DNA of 48,391 nt, from the IMG/VR virus record IMGVR_UViG_3300018080_003867, positions 1 to 48,391 of that record, one strand, 5' to 3'. The notes below the pieces were generated by a model. It saw only the letters and a program-made list of their open reading frames with translations, made no database searches and was not told the DNA's origin. The translations under genes and the position numbers were made by a program. Positions 28,524 to 37,544 of this stretch are shown here, in pieces. Numbering within the stretch: the stretch's first letter is position 1; every line of letters starts with the position of its first letter. The DNA is from a virus (Duplodnaviria; Caudoviricetes).

Positions 28524-28710
28524 GGTTGCATAAATCGAAAGGTGCGATACTCTATGGGTACAACATGCCCAAGCGTATTATGATCAAAAACCGTATGAAC
28601 CGTAGGAGACCTCCCCAGGTAGCGTTTGGTGCGCTACCTGGCCCTTAAATTTAGCAAAACTGAGAGTCTACCACGATATTAGGACTGCAGTAAATGTATA
28701 GGTTGTAAGC

Positions 28711-28746
28711 AAGCCGGGCTGGAATGATCTAGCCCGGTTTTTTATT
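28711..28746 (+). terminator. Rho-independent terminator
   Basis: GCCGGGCTGGA-loop-TCTAGCCCGGT followed by TTTTTATT. Confidence 0.8.
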
Positions 28747-28827
28747 TAAGTGCCTCTTTAACTAGGTGGGTCATCTGGGCCATGCCATTTTGGTACCCTT
28801 CGTTGTTTCCGTTTAGGAGGGTGTAAA

Positions 28828-29097
28828 GTGGCAAAACGTAACGTATCAAAATGTCAATGTGGCTGGGTGAAATCTCAGTATTTGCCTTATTGCAAAAAGT
28901 GCCAGAAAGAACGCGACGAGGCGCGCTATTTGGAGGCGAGGGCAATCGTTGCAACGGGTGTGTGTCCCGATTGTGGCGCCAAAATAAAACCAAATTTATC
29001 AATCACTGGTTGGTATCAGTGCGAGCAGTACGGTGCAGTAACGCACCGTAAAGACCCCAATAAACCATCGTGTGATTGGCAAACGTTCACTTGTTGA
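28828..29097 (+). CDS. Cys-rich putative zinc-binding protein
   Basis: AGGAGG RBS with GTG start; CQC, CKKC, CPDC and further Cys residues. Confidence 0.7.
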   Translation: MAKRNVSKCQCGWVKSQYLPYCKKCQKERDEARYLEARAIVATGVCPDCGAKIKPNLSITGWYQCEQYGAVTHRKDPNKPSCDWQTFTC

Positions 29098-29108
29098 AAG
29101 GATATAAA

Positions 29109-29309
29109 ATGACTTTAAAAGAACTAATTGCAAGAGCTGTAGAAATATTTGGAGTACATGCGTTTGATGCGAACATTATGGTGGCGTATAAATTGAATGC
29201 CATTACAGATTTGAGTAACATTGAAGATGTTTGTGCTAATGGGCGAGCTCTTCAGTTAAACAACCTTCCAGACTTTGAAGTATTGGAACGGCTTGAAAAA
29301 AACCAATAG
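29109..29309 (+). CDS. Hypothetical protein
   Basis: AAGGA RBS before MTLKEL. Confidence 0.55.
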   Translation: MTLKELIARAVEIFGVHAFDANIMVAYKLNAITDLSNIEDVCANGRALQLNNLPDFEVLERLEKNQ

Positions 29310-29411
29310 CATTCCTAAATCCATCCCACCAAAAAATGATTGATCTTCAGCCAGTTCTGGCGATAATAGACCCGTTTCATGTATTTTGATGATTGGGAGT
29401 GACTACGTATC

Positions 29412-29849
29412 GTGGCATATTGCCGATATTACAGGAAAAAACCTGATAATGTGGAGTTTAACGTGCTTTGTAGTGGGGCCGGATTATGGCCCCCATGCTT
29501 GTTTTACGAGCAATGTTTGGGATACTCCCAGGGAAAAATACAAAAACCAAAAATAGTATGGGGAACCCCGAAAGAGGCTGAAATGGAACGTTACCGAGTA
29601 GAGGCCACATTAGAGGTGATTGTATCCACATGTATTGAATTGTCAGATAGCGAACTGGAAAAGTTGGATGATAGCTGGGTACGAAAGAGGCGCTACCTGG
29701 AAGCTCTATTGCGTGATAGGTTGCATGTAGAAAGCTATGACGGCAATGGGGGCCGCGATAAGTTGATTGGGGTTGTAGGCCGCGAGAACAGCATTAGATG
29801 TGATAGCCGCTACCATCCCAAGCTAGTCAACATTCAAAAAATCATGTAG
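29412..29849 (+). CDS. Hypothetical protein (true start may be the internal MERYR)
   Basis: ORF track; co-oriented in a run of small genes. Confidence 0.5.
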   Translation: MAYCRYYRKKPDNVEFNVLCSGAGLWPPCLFYEQCLGYSQGKIQKPKIVWGTPKEAEMERYRVEATLEVIVSTCIELSDSELEKLDDSWVRKRRYLEALLRDRLHVESYDGNGGRDKLIGVVGRENSIRCDSRYHPKLVNIQKIM

Positions 29850-29857
29850 GAGGTCAA

Positions 29858-30139
29858 ATGGGTTATGTAAAGGTAAATTGGAATGGACATACGGTAACAC
29901 CCAATGAAAAAATCCTACTTGAGCATATCACAGGCAGCTATAGGCCTGCGGGTGTGGAGGCTGAGGATGTAAGACACTTATTGGGAGGCGAGCCGCTTAC
30001 GGCCCGTAGAACGCTTCACAGCTTGGCTGAAAAAAAGCTACTCAAAAAAAGGATTATCAAAAAAGCAGGAATTTGGGGTAATATGAGGACAGCCAGAAAA
30101 GTGGCTGTGTTTTATGTACCCGATCAAGAGGTATTATGA
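29858..30139 (+). CDS. Putative winged-helix DNA-binding protein
   Basis: AGGAGG RBS; TPNEKILLEHI...ARRTLHSLAEKKLLKK pattern. Confidence 0.55.
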   Translation: MGYVKVNWNGHTVTPNEKILLEHITGSYRPAGVEAEDVRHLLGGEPLTARRTLHSLAEKKLLKKRIIKKAGIWGNMRTARKVAVFYVPDQEVL

Positions 30140-30522
30140 TCTGGATAGGCGCAAAAGAACGGTTAGCAAAACGGGCAAAGCAGATCTCCAAAGGCTTTGA
30201 GCTCTGGAATATTTTCCCTAAGGATTGGCAAAAACCAGAGTATTGGTGGGAGCCCTTTAGGTTTTATTTTAGATTCGTCATAACGGCTTCAATCCCAAGA
30301 AAATGGTATCCGCATAAGTCAGATGGTTGGGGCTTATGCAGCTACTGCAGGAAAGTAACATGGATTGAGGATAGGCCTATAAACAATCGATGCAACAACT
30401 GCAGGCAGTGGATAGAGCAGGTAGAACAGGCAATGCGAGAGGAACTAAACGAACAACAACAAAAAATATGGGATACGTGCAAATGGACAAACCAAACATC
30501 CCTCTCAAATACTCCGAATTGA
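30136..30522 (+). CDS. Hypothetical protein with two CxxC motifs
   Basis: CSYC and CNNC; ATGA overlap with the upstream gene. Confidence 0.55.
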   Translation: MIWIGAKERLAKRAKQISKGFELWNIFPKDWQKPEYWWEPFRFYFRFVITASIPRKWYPHKSDGWGLCSYCRKVTWIEDRPINNRCNNCRQWIEQVEQAMREELNEQQQKIWDTCKWTNQTSLSNTPN

Positions 30523-30698
30523 CAAAAGATAAGGGATTTATTGTATCAATAGATCGTGAGGAGCGATGCATCAGTATGCTGTTTTACGAACCTCTTTGGG
30601 GCTTACGATTTACGCGAGAGGGGGCGCAAAAGCTTATCGAAACAGTCCAAGCCTACATTGAAACGCTGGACTCACTCAAATCTGATACGACAAACTGA
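30468..30698 (+). CDS. Hypothetical protein (start uncertain)
   Basis: 3' part of the 30390-30698 frame fills the gap between its neighbours. Confidence 0.45.
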   Translation: MGYVQMDKPNIPLKYSELTKDKGFIVSIDREERCISMLFYEPLWGLRFTREGAQKLIETVQAYIETLDSLKSDTTN

Positions 30699-30712
30699 GT
30701 ATCCCATAAAAA

Positions 30713-30949
30713 ATGGAAAATGAAGGAACCAATAACAAAACGTATCTTTTAGCAAAAACATGCCCAGATTGTGGAAATAAAGACCTCAGATTGAAAATTT
30801 CAGCCTCTCTAGATATTCCAAAACATTATTTTATGAAGCTAACCAAAGAGCTCATATTAGAGAATAGCGTTATTCTAGAACTCAATTGGAAAAACCACAT
30901 AATCTATTGCCCACAGTGCAATTGGTATTTAAAAATAGATATCCCATAG
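30713..30949 (+). CDS. Zinc-ribbon-like protein
   Basis: CPDC and CPQC. Confidence 0.6.
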   Translation: MENEGTNNKTYLLAKTCPDCGNKDLRLKISASLDIPKHYFMKLTKELILENSVILELNWKNHIIYCPQCNWYLKIDIP

Positions 30950-30964
30950 AAACGGAAAAACATA

Positions 30965-31198
30965 ATGCCAACACTAAAAGAATATAATTACATCTTACGA
31001 AAAGCCGAAGCCTGGGAAAAAGAATGCCATCAGACAAAAATTTGTTTATTTGCACTTGTAAAAGCCGCAGCAAGAGATGATTTACATCTAATAGGTGATA
31101 AACTTGATTTCGTTATAGTAAAGGATATTCTGGAAAAATATGGATTTGGCCAAATGTATAATGAAGCCATTAAAGTGGTAGAAAAAGAGATCCTATAA
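30965..31198 (+). CDS. Hypothetical protein
   Basis: 77 aa ORF tightly packed in the operon. Confidence 0.55.
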   Translation: MPTLKEYNYILRKAEAWEKECHQTKICLFALVKAAARDDLHLIGDKLDFVIVKDILEKYGFGQMYNEAIKVVEKEIL

Positions 31199-31213
31199 GA
31201 AAGGAAAACCAAA

Positions 31214-31498
31214 ATGAGTGATCAAAATGAAACCCTAACCAAGCAAATTGCAAGTCTAGGAGCAAAACTCACGTTTCTAGAAGCGGATATAGCTGCATTG
31301 AAAGAAATAGTCCAATCCCTGTCAGACCTAAAAGAAGATACCCAAAAAAAGCAAGAAACCATTCTAAACAAACAATTCAGGCTAGTAGAAAAAACAGTCA
31401 AAACTCTAGAAATCATCATGCAAGTATTACAAGAGGGAACACCAGAACCTGTAACCAATAACAAACGAATACCAGATGAAGATAGATTACCTGGATAA
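31214..31498 (+). CDS. Coiled-coil protein
   Basis: AAGGA RBS; heptad Leu pattern. Confidence 0.6.
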   Translation: MSDQNETLTKQIASLGAKLTFLEADIAALKEIVQSLSDLKEDTQKKQETILNKQFRLVEKTVKTLEIIMQVLQEGTPEPVTNNKRIPDEDRLPG

Positions 31499-31550
31499 CC
31501 CAAAGACCTCCCTATGAATAGTAATCCTAATACGATCTGCACCAATTTGA

Positions 31551-31642
31551 ACCAAGTAAATCTAAATTGGCACTATCTTTACCAATCTAAACTGGTGTTA
31601 TCTTTCTTTTACCAATCTAAACTGGTGTTGTCTTTCTTTTAC
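31551..31642. repeat. 30-bp tandem repeat (two near-perfect copies plus one degenerate)
   Basis: ACCAATCTAAACTGGTGTTRTCTTTCTTTT at 31581 and 31611; degenerate copy at 31551. Confidence 0.85.
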
Positions 31643-31679
31643 TCTTTTTAATGCAATGTATGGGATAAGGCTGTAAGAC

Positions 31680-32489
31680 ATGCCAAAAAAACGAGAACTT
31701 ATAGGGCGCTTGAAGACAAAACATGCTGATCCACCCCCACGTACAAAGCCTAAGGGGAAGTCCCGCAGACGTAAAGATGGTAAGATGTGTGGTGCAAAAT
31801 GCAAAGATGGTCATGCATGCACAAGTACCATTCTAGGTCCCAACGGTAGGTGCAGAATGCATGGAGGAACACGCAAAAAGGGGTACAAGCGAAAAAAGAA
31901 AGACACACTACCTGCAAAAAAGGCCTCAACTGTTCATGGTATTTATGCTGATGTAGCCCTACTTGATGATGAGTACCCGGTTTATCCAGGTATTCAGGGC
32001 ACAATAGGCACACTAGATGAAGAATTGCACATTGCGCGCATTACGCTGCGCAGAGTCTTAAAAGCCCAGCGTAACCTTGAAGCGGTACGAGCAGATCTGG
32101 CTAATGCGGCCTATGATAAAGATGAGTTTTTAAGGGTTGCGATATCCCATAAGCTGCTTACGGTAGAAGAGATAGAGGAACACAGCAATAGGTCCTATAG
32201 CGATCCAAATGACGATGACAATTACTTTGAAATTGCCAAAAGTAAAATGGTACGCAAAATTCAGGACTATAGCAAAGATATTCGCAAGTACACCGATCTG
32301 GTACGCAAGTTAGAGCAAGCACGAAAAGAACTTCTAGAGACTGAAGATTGGGGCGAGGATTTTGTAAGAAAGCTTGCGGAGGACTTAAGGCGATTTGCTG
32401 CAAATGCCGATCACATTACGATAGGCGGGGAAATCACGATGGGTAAGGGGAGCTACCCGGGAGTCAACCCAAGCTATGTCACGCAATGA
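31680..32489 (+). CDS. Putative terminase small subunit (HGGxSTG-like Cys/His domain)
   Basis: CGAKCKDGHAC...NGRCRMHGG, HGIYA, LDEELHIARITLRR; lies upstream of TerL. Confidence 0.7.
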   Translation: MPKKRELIGRLKTKHADPPPRTKPKGKSRRRKDGKMCGAKCKDGHACTSTILGPNGRCRMHGGTRKKGYKRKKKDTLPAKKASTVHGIYADVALLDDEYPVYPGIQGTIGTLDEELHIARITLRRVLKAQRNLEAVRADLANAAYDKDEFLRVAISHKLLTVEEIEEHSNRSYSDPNDDDNYFEIAKSKMVRKIQDYSKDIRKYTDLVRKLEQARKELLETEDWGEDFVRKLAEDLRRFAANADHITIGGEITMGKGSYPGVNPSYVTQ

Positions 32490-33387
32490 AAAAGTATTCC
32501 ATAAAGTTAAACCTCCAATTGGCTACTACGGAGGAAAACAGCGTATAGCTACCAAAATAATTAAATACCTGCCCAAGCACACGGTTTACGTGGAACCCTT
32601 CTGCGGAGGTGCCGCGGTATTTTTTGCAAAGCCACTACCTAAAACAACGTCCAACAACCATTACCGGGAATGTTTGAATGATGTAGATGGCAACTTGGTT
32701 AACTTTTACCAAGTTATGCAGAGTAATGAACGCAGAGCCTTATTACAGCGCATCATGCAAACCCCGTACGCAAGAAAATGCTATGAGCAAGCAAGGACAC
32801 TTAAGCAACACGATGTAGTTATATCTACTGTAGATCGCGCATGGGCGTATTACATTAATATCAACATGTCATTTGGTAATGCCTATAGTGGGGGATGGGG
32901 AGTTGATTTATACGGTAGAAATTCTGCAAAAACATGGGAAAATAGAAAAAAGAGACTATTACAAGCCGCCTATCGGTTACAGGGTGTTTATTTGGAATGC
33001 AAAGATGCACTTGACGTGATCAAACAATGGGATAGTCCTCAGACCCTGTTCTACTGCGATCCTCCTTATGTGGATACAAGGCAAGGTTATGTGCACACAT
33101 ACTCTATTGAACAGTACAAAGCGCTTATCGTCTTGTTACAGCAAATAAAGGGATCATTCATGCTATCAGGGTATAAAACTCCCCATGTCCCTCCATGGTG
33201 GCCGAAAGTAGAGTTTACTGCACGAATGAGTGCTGTAAATGGCAAACTGCGAAAAGGGATAAACACCCGCAGAACCGAATGCTTGTGGATAGTAGATCGA
33301 TCACATACTGTAAGGCCTACAATTCAAAAATTATTCGCAACGGGTAAATACGACTGTTTTAAAGGATTGCATCATGAAGAAATTTAA
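32476..33387 (+). CDS. Dam-like (D12 class) DNA adenine methyltransferase
   Basis: YYGGK, YVEPFCGGAAVFF, LNDVD, FYCDPPY. Confidence 0.92.
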   Translation: MSRNEKVFHKVKPPIGYYGGKQRIATKIIKYLPKHTVYVEPFCGGAAVFFAKPLPKTTSNNHYRECLNDVDGNLVNFYQVMQSNERRALLQRIMQTPYARKCYEQARTLKQHDVVISTVDRAWAYYININMSFGNAYSGGWGVDLYGRNSAKTWENRKKRLLQAAYRLQGVYLECKDALDVIKQWDSPQTLFYCDPPYVDTRQGYVHTYSIEQYKALIVLLQQIKGSFMLSGYKTPHVPPWWPKVEFTARMSAVNGKLRKGINTRRTECLWIVDRSHTVRPTIQKLFATGKYDCFKGLHHEEI

Positions 33388-33553
33388 GGACTGGAAACCC
33401 GGGGAATACAGAGCAAGTATCGGGATTGTTACGGATAAAGGCACAACCCTTGATTTTTATATCCCACACCTAACAAAAACCCAAGGTGAAGATCTGGTTG
33501 CATTTCTTACTGAGTTATTTCAAGAGGAATTAATAAAACCTAAAAATGGATAA
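33374..33553 (+). CDS. Small hypothetical protein (59 aa), not in the ORF track
   Basis: AAGGA RBS; MKKFKDWKPGEYRASIG...PKNG*, fills the gap between the methylase and TerL. Confidence 0.55.
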   Translation: MKKFKDWKPGEYRASIGIVTDKGTTLDFYIPHLTKTQGEDLVAFLTELFQEELIKPKNG

Positions 33554-33559
33554 ATACTC

Positions 33560-34993
33560 ATGCCTAAAGTGCGCAGATTAGTAGGTCGATTAAGCACAGA
33601 AGAAACACCTGGCCAGCTAACACCTAGGTGGTACCCGCTAAAATCTCATCCTGAACAAAACAATCTGTGGTATTCAGCCTCACGGTTTAATATGGTGCAC
33701 TCTGGGCGCCGCAGTGGCAAAACGGAGCTCATAGGCAAGCGCAAAGTAGTCCTGTGTGCCTTAAACTGCCATCGTAAAGACCTCCCCTTTTTTTATCGCC
33801 CCTGGCACGATCCACGGTTTTTTATTGCGGCGCCTACTCGAGATCAAGCAAAGCGCATCTATTGGCACGATCTAAAAGCCATGATCCCCCCGCGGTTTGT
33901 GATAGGCCGGCCAAACGAAACAGAGCTCTCAATTAAATTGGTAACCGGAGCTATGATATGCCTTCTAGGAATGGATAGGCCAGAGCGTATGGAAGGGCCT
34001 CCATGGGATGGGGGCGTGCTAGACGAATACGGCAATATGAAAAAAGAGGTGTGGTCACGGCATGTCAGAGCCTGTCTTAGTGATAGACGGGGTTGGTGTG
34101 ATTTTGTGGGCGTTCCTGAAGGCCGAAATCATTATTACGATCTAACACGTGAGGCGAAATCCCGGGCAGCGTTTGCACTCAAAAATGGAAGGTATCCAGA
34201 ATGGAATTGCTACCATTGGCGTTCTGACGAAATCTTACCCCCTGACGAAATAGAAGCCGCCAAGGGCGACCTTGACGAGCTGTCCTATAACCAAGAGTAT
34301 GGGGGTGAATTTGTCTCATTTTCAGGCCGGGCTTATTGGGTATTTGACGACAAAATAAATGTAGGACGGTTGGAATATGATCCAAATAGGCAACTGGATT
34401 TGTGCTTTGACTTTAATGTTGATCCAGGTGTTGCGGTTGTGGTTCAAGAGCAGATGATTGAGCAAAGACTAACCGGGGGGCCTCCATTATGGGGTGACAG
34501 TATTATTGGGGAGGTTTTTATCCCACAAAATAGTAATACCTTAAGAGTGGTTGACAAGCTTATCGATATGTACCCAGAGCACAAGGGGCCTATTTATTGC
34601 TATGGCGATTACACGGGGGGAGCAAGAGGTAGCGCATCGGTGCAGGGATCAGACTGGGAGCTTATTAAACGGAGGCTATGGAGCTATTATAGGCGGGATC
34701 AAATCCACATGCGGCTTAAACCGAACCCAAGAGAACGCGACCGTATAAACAGTGTAAACAGTCGGTGCAGGTCTTTAAATAAGAGTGTTAAACTCATGGT
34801 AGCACCTACTGCGGCACCCAACGTGATCAAGGATTTTGAGGGTGTGAGAGTTATCGAGGGGGGTGTGGGGGAGATAGACAAAAAGAAAGATCCTATGCTA
34901 AGCCATTTAAGTGATGCATATGGCTATCGTGTTTGGTACGAATACCCACTGAAGAAACGTTATGAACCAACAGGCCAAAAATACCATCGGTGA
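33560..34993 (+). CDS. terL: Terminase large subunit
   Basis: SGRRSGKT (Walker A), APTRDQAK, GGVLDE (Walker B), PEGRNHYY, QEYGGEF, DFNVDP, HLSDA. Confidence 0.93.
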   Translation: MPKVRRLVGRLSTEETPGQLTPRWYPLKSHPEQNNLWYSASRFNMVHSGRRSGKTELIGKRKVVLCALNCHRKDLPFFYRPWHDPRFFIAAPTRDQAKRIYWHDLKAMIPPRFVIGRPNETELSIKLVTGAMICLLGMDRPERMEGPPWDGGVLDEYGNMKKEVWSRHVRACLSDRRGWCDFVGVPEGRNHYYDLTREAKSRAAFALKNGRYPEWNCYHWRSDEILPPDEIEAAKGDLDELSYNQEYGGEFVSFSGRAYWVFDDKINVGRLEYDPNRQLDLCFDFNVDPGVAVVVQEQMIEQRLTGGPPLWGDSIIGEVFIPQNSNTLRVVDKLIDMYPEHKGPIYCYGDYTGGARGSASVQGSDWELIKRRLWSYYRRDQIHMRLKPNPRERDRINSVNSRCRSLNKSVKLMVAPTAAPNVIKDFEGVRVIEGGVGEIDKKKDPMLSHLSDAYGYRVWYEYPLKKRYEPTGQKYHR

Positions 34994-35693
34994 ACTAAAC
35001 CATAGTCTATTTTGGATGTACGAGCCTATCTTAAGAAAGATTGCGTCTAAAATACGCAGAAAAGTGCCATACGAAATAGATGAAGATGACCTATACCAAG
35101 ACGGGTGTGTTTTACTCTTATCCTTACTTGATCTGGGTAAAATAGACAAAACGCGACTATGTAGGGAATACATTTGGCAACGCATTGGGCTTACCTTACT
35201 AAAACGAGTATCCATTGCGGCAAAAAAAGACGCCATTGTCTGGCACTACTTTATTCCTCCAACACAATACAAAGTGATCGCTCTAGATAAAAGTTTAGCC
35301 ACACAATTGCTAACCACTAAGCAGTTACCTACAGCGCAAAAACAGGTTTTATACCAATTTTATTGTATGGGATACTCTACTGACGAAGTAGCAGCAAACT
35401 TGGGATTATCTAAAGCTAAAGTGCATTCGTTGCGTACAATGGCCATTGTAAAATTAAGGCATGATTACTTAATCAGCCCCAGGGATAAGCCTGTTAAGTA
35501 CCAGGCAGACGAATTTAGAGTGTGGGAACCACACAGGCCTGTAGATAAACGATGGTGCTTGACGAGGTGGGTTGTCCGGGGAAGGCAAGGTGCACGGGGT
35601 AAAGAGTATGTGAAGTTTTTTGATTCGTATAATGGAGCTTATCGGTTCTATAGGTTAGTAACTGAGAAAGGGGCCGGAGCTTATGACGGTTAA
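34962..35693 (+). CDS. Sigma70-family (FliA/WhiG-like) factor with a C-terminal extension
   Basis: Region 2-like ILRKIASKIRRKVPYEIDEDDLYQDG; region 4 HTH LPTAQKQVL...STDEVAANLGLSKAKVHSLRTMAIVKLR. Confidence 0.75.
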   Translation: MNQQAKNTIGELNHSLFWMYEPILRKIASKIRRKVPYEIDEDDLYQDGCVLLLSLLDLGKIDKTRLCREYIWQRIGLTLLKRVSIAAKKDAIVWHYFIPPTQYKVIALDKSLATQLLTTKQLPTAQKQVLYQFYCMGYSTDEVAANLGLSKAKVHSLRTMAIVKLRHDYLISPRDKPVKYQADEFRVWEPHRPVDKRWCLTRWVVRGRQGARGKEYVKFFDSYNGAYRFYRLVTEKGAGAYDG

Positions 35694-36126
35694 TGTCCTG
35701 TCAGATCCTACGGTGCAGTTTGCTGTGGAACTGGAACTCTTGCGAATAAACCAATTACCTAAAGAGAAATGGCCGCATCCCGAAGACCTAATGGCCTGTC
35801 CTTTATGCAAGGGGACGGGTAAATCCGATAGTACAAAGCAACAAACAGCATGTTTTCACTGTTTGGGTAAAGCCTGGTTACCTAGGCGTGAGACTCTGGC
35901 TCTAACTATTGCCTCGTATGGTGATGACTTGCAATTTGGGGGTCCTCATTGCAAAATGGCGTTTGAAGCCTTGGTGAATGCTTTAGTTCTTTTAAGACTG
36001 TGGACTGCGGGGGGTGAAGCTGAACGCATTGACGAACAGGCTAATGCGGAGTATTGGGCATTAGAGGGCACTTTAGATAAACCTCTTATGAAGCGAATTG
36101 AGCTGGCCTTAAGGAACTTGATTTGA
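35683..36126 (+). CDS. Protein with a DnaJ-type zinc finger
   Basis: CPLCKGTG...CFHCLGKA. Confidence 0.65.
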   Translation: MTVNVLSDPTVQFAVELELLRINQLPKEKWPHPEDLMACPLCKGTGKSDSTKQQTACFHCLGKAWLPRRETLALTIASYGDDLQFGGPHCKMAFEALVNALVLLRLWTAGGEAERIDEQANAEYWALEGTLDKPLMKRIELALRNLI

Positions 36127-36141
36127 AGACAAAGGATCACA

Positions 36142-36417
36142 ATGCAGCGTAAAAAGAAAAAACGGCGTGAACATAAACATGGAGTGCCTAAAACCAAACC
36201 CACACCAATGGAGCCCCAAGGACCAACACAACAAACCTTGACCATGATTCCCTTTTCGGTGGTTAGGGACGCTCACCAAATGCCGTTTAAGCGAGGACAG
36301 GGCATAACGCTAGCAGGATGGCAGTTTGTGATCGTCATGGCATCCAACGACGGAACGTTGGGTTTAAAACCTATTGGGCGAATTGTGCCTAGTGAGCGGC
36401 AATCTATTGAGCCTTAA
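36142..36417 (+). CDS. Hypothetical protein with a basic N-terminus
   Basis: AAGGA RBS; 91 aa. Confidence 0.6.
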   Translation: MQRKKKKRREHKHGVPKTKPTPMEPQGPTQQTLTMIPFSVVRDAHQMPFKRGQGITLAGWQFVIVMASNDGTLGLKPIGRIVPSERQSIEP

Positions 36418-36428
36418 TGTGGGATACA

Positions 36429-36662
36429 TCAAACGTTTCGCGTAATGAATTTTTCAAGCCAGTCTTTATTTGCAGGTTTGTCTAAATCTACGGCCTGAAA
36501 TTCTTGCGCCCAGCAGTTCTCAGTTGAGCACGTCTTAGAGTTTTGCAAAATCCATTTTTGGGCTTGGCCGCGGCTAATGAAAAGCAAAAGCTTGCCTCCA
36601 AAGATTAACGGTTCAGAGGTGCGACCAATAGGGCTGTACTTAATGTGTTTTATAGCGAACAT
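36429..36662 (-). CDS. Hypothetical protein
   Basis: 77 aa ORF downstream of the peptidase on the minus strand. Confidence 0.5.
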   Translation of the reverse strand: MFAIKHIKYSPIGRTSEPLIFGGKLLLFISRGQAQKWILQNSKTCSTENCWAQEFQAVDLDKPANKDWLEKFITRNV

Positions 36663-36676
36663 GAGCTAGACATAGT

Positions 36677-37198
36677 CTACCCATAGAGTTTTTGCAACAA
36701 AGCAATGTCATGAGCTGTAAAAGACACATCTGCAGGGGGGTTGGTGCCTATGGTACCTGACATAATGCTGTGGCGATTATCATCGTGGGCTAGGCCCAGA
36801 ACGTGACCTAGTTCGTGGCGCATGATGGTTAGCAAGTGATCGGCTTGCAGTGTTGCCCGGATTTTTACGCGGGCACTAAGTATCCTACCTTTTAATACAG
36901 TGTGTCCTACATGACCGTAAATAGTCTCACCTACCGTGTTTGGGATTGGGATAAAACTTTCAAGTGTGAAGTACCCCCTAGGGGTTTTTGCGGGGAGTTC
37001 CCCCAATTCCCACCGAGATCCGAGGTCTACTAAATCTCGGTTGATTAGATGGTTGAGTTCTACAGCGACCACGCGATAGGCGGCAATAACGGACTGGTCT
37101 ATGCCTGGAGCGAAAAAACACCCGATGGGGAGATCTGCTCTTTCCCACGATATGGGATAACCTGCTATTTCCATGAGAGCATTATCAGGGAAGGGCAT
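36677..37198 (-). CDS. Matrixin-like (metzincin) zinc metallopeptidase
   Basis: HELGHVLGLAH zinc motif, SIM Met-turn, DIALLQKLYG end; AGGAGG RBS. Confidence 0.9.
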   Translation of the reverse strand: MPFPDNALMEIAGYPISWERADLPIGCFFAPGIDQSVIAAYRVVAVELNHLINRDLVDLGSRWELGELPAKTPRGYFTLESFIPIPNTVGETIYGHVGHTVLKGRILSARVKIRATLQADHLLTIMRHELGHVLGLAHDDNRHSIMSGTIGTNPPADVSFTAHDIALLQKLYG

Positions 37199-37544
37199 GT
37201 ATGCCTCCTAGATATTGAAACCCCCTAGCAACACCATTGAAGCTAGGGGGTCTCTGAGAGTGGATAAAAGGGAAACCGGAGTCGATCAAAATGGCTTACA
37301 TCTAAGGGTACGAAGGCTTAAAACCTAAAGTCAACTAAAAAGACACCAAGTGTCCTATATCGTGGTTTACAATTTGTGGTGGGTATGGTACTTGCATGTC
37401 ATACTCTAGTTATTCCGCGTAGTAAGCTGCACCATGTGGGGAGGTCTGCAAATGAGGACCCTCAGGGGGTGCCTAAAATAAAACTATGGGATTTTTTAAA
37501 AATTGGTGTACGCTAGGGGGTAATCAACCAGTAAGGGGTACTAT

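Noticed and set aside
28650-28710. GCAAAAC...stem resembling part of a c-di-GMP-I riboswitch
   Set aside because: The upstream GGCAAA and GNRA-capped P2 element are missing; retained only as a generic structured RNA candidate
31551-31642. 30-bp repeats as a mini CRISPR array
   Set aside because: Units are directly adjacent with no spacers, and no cas genes are present
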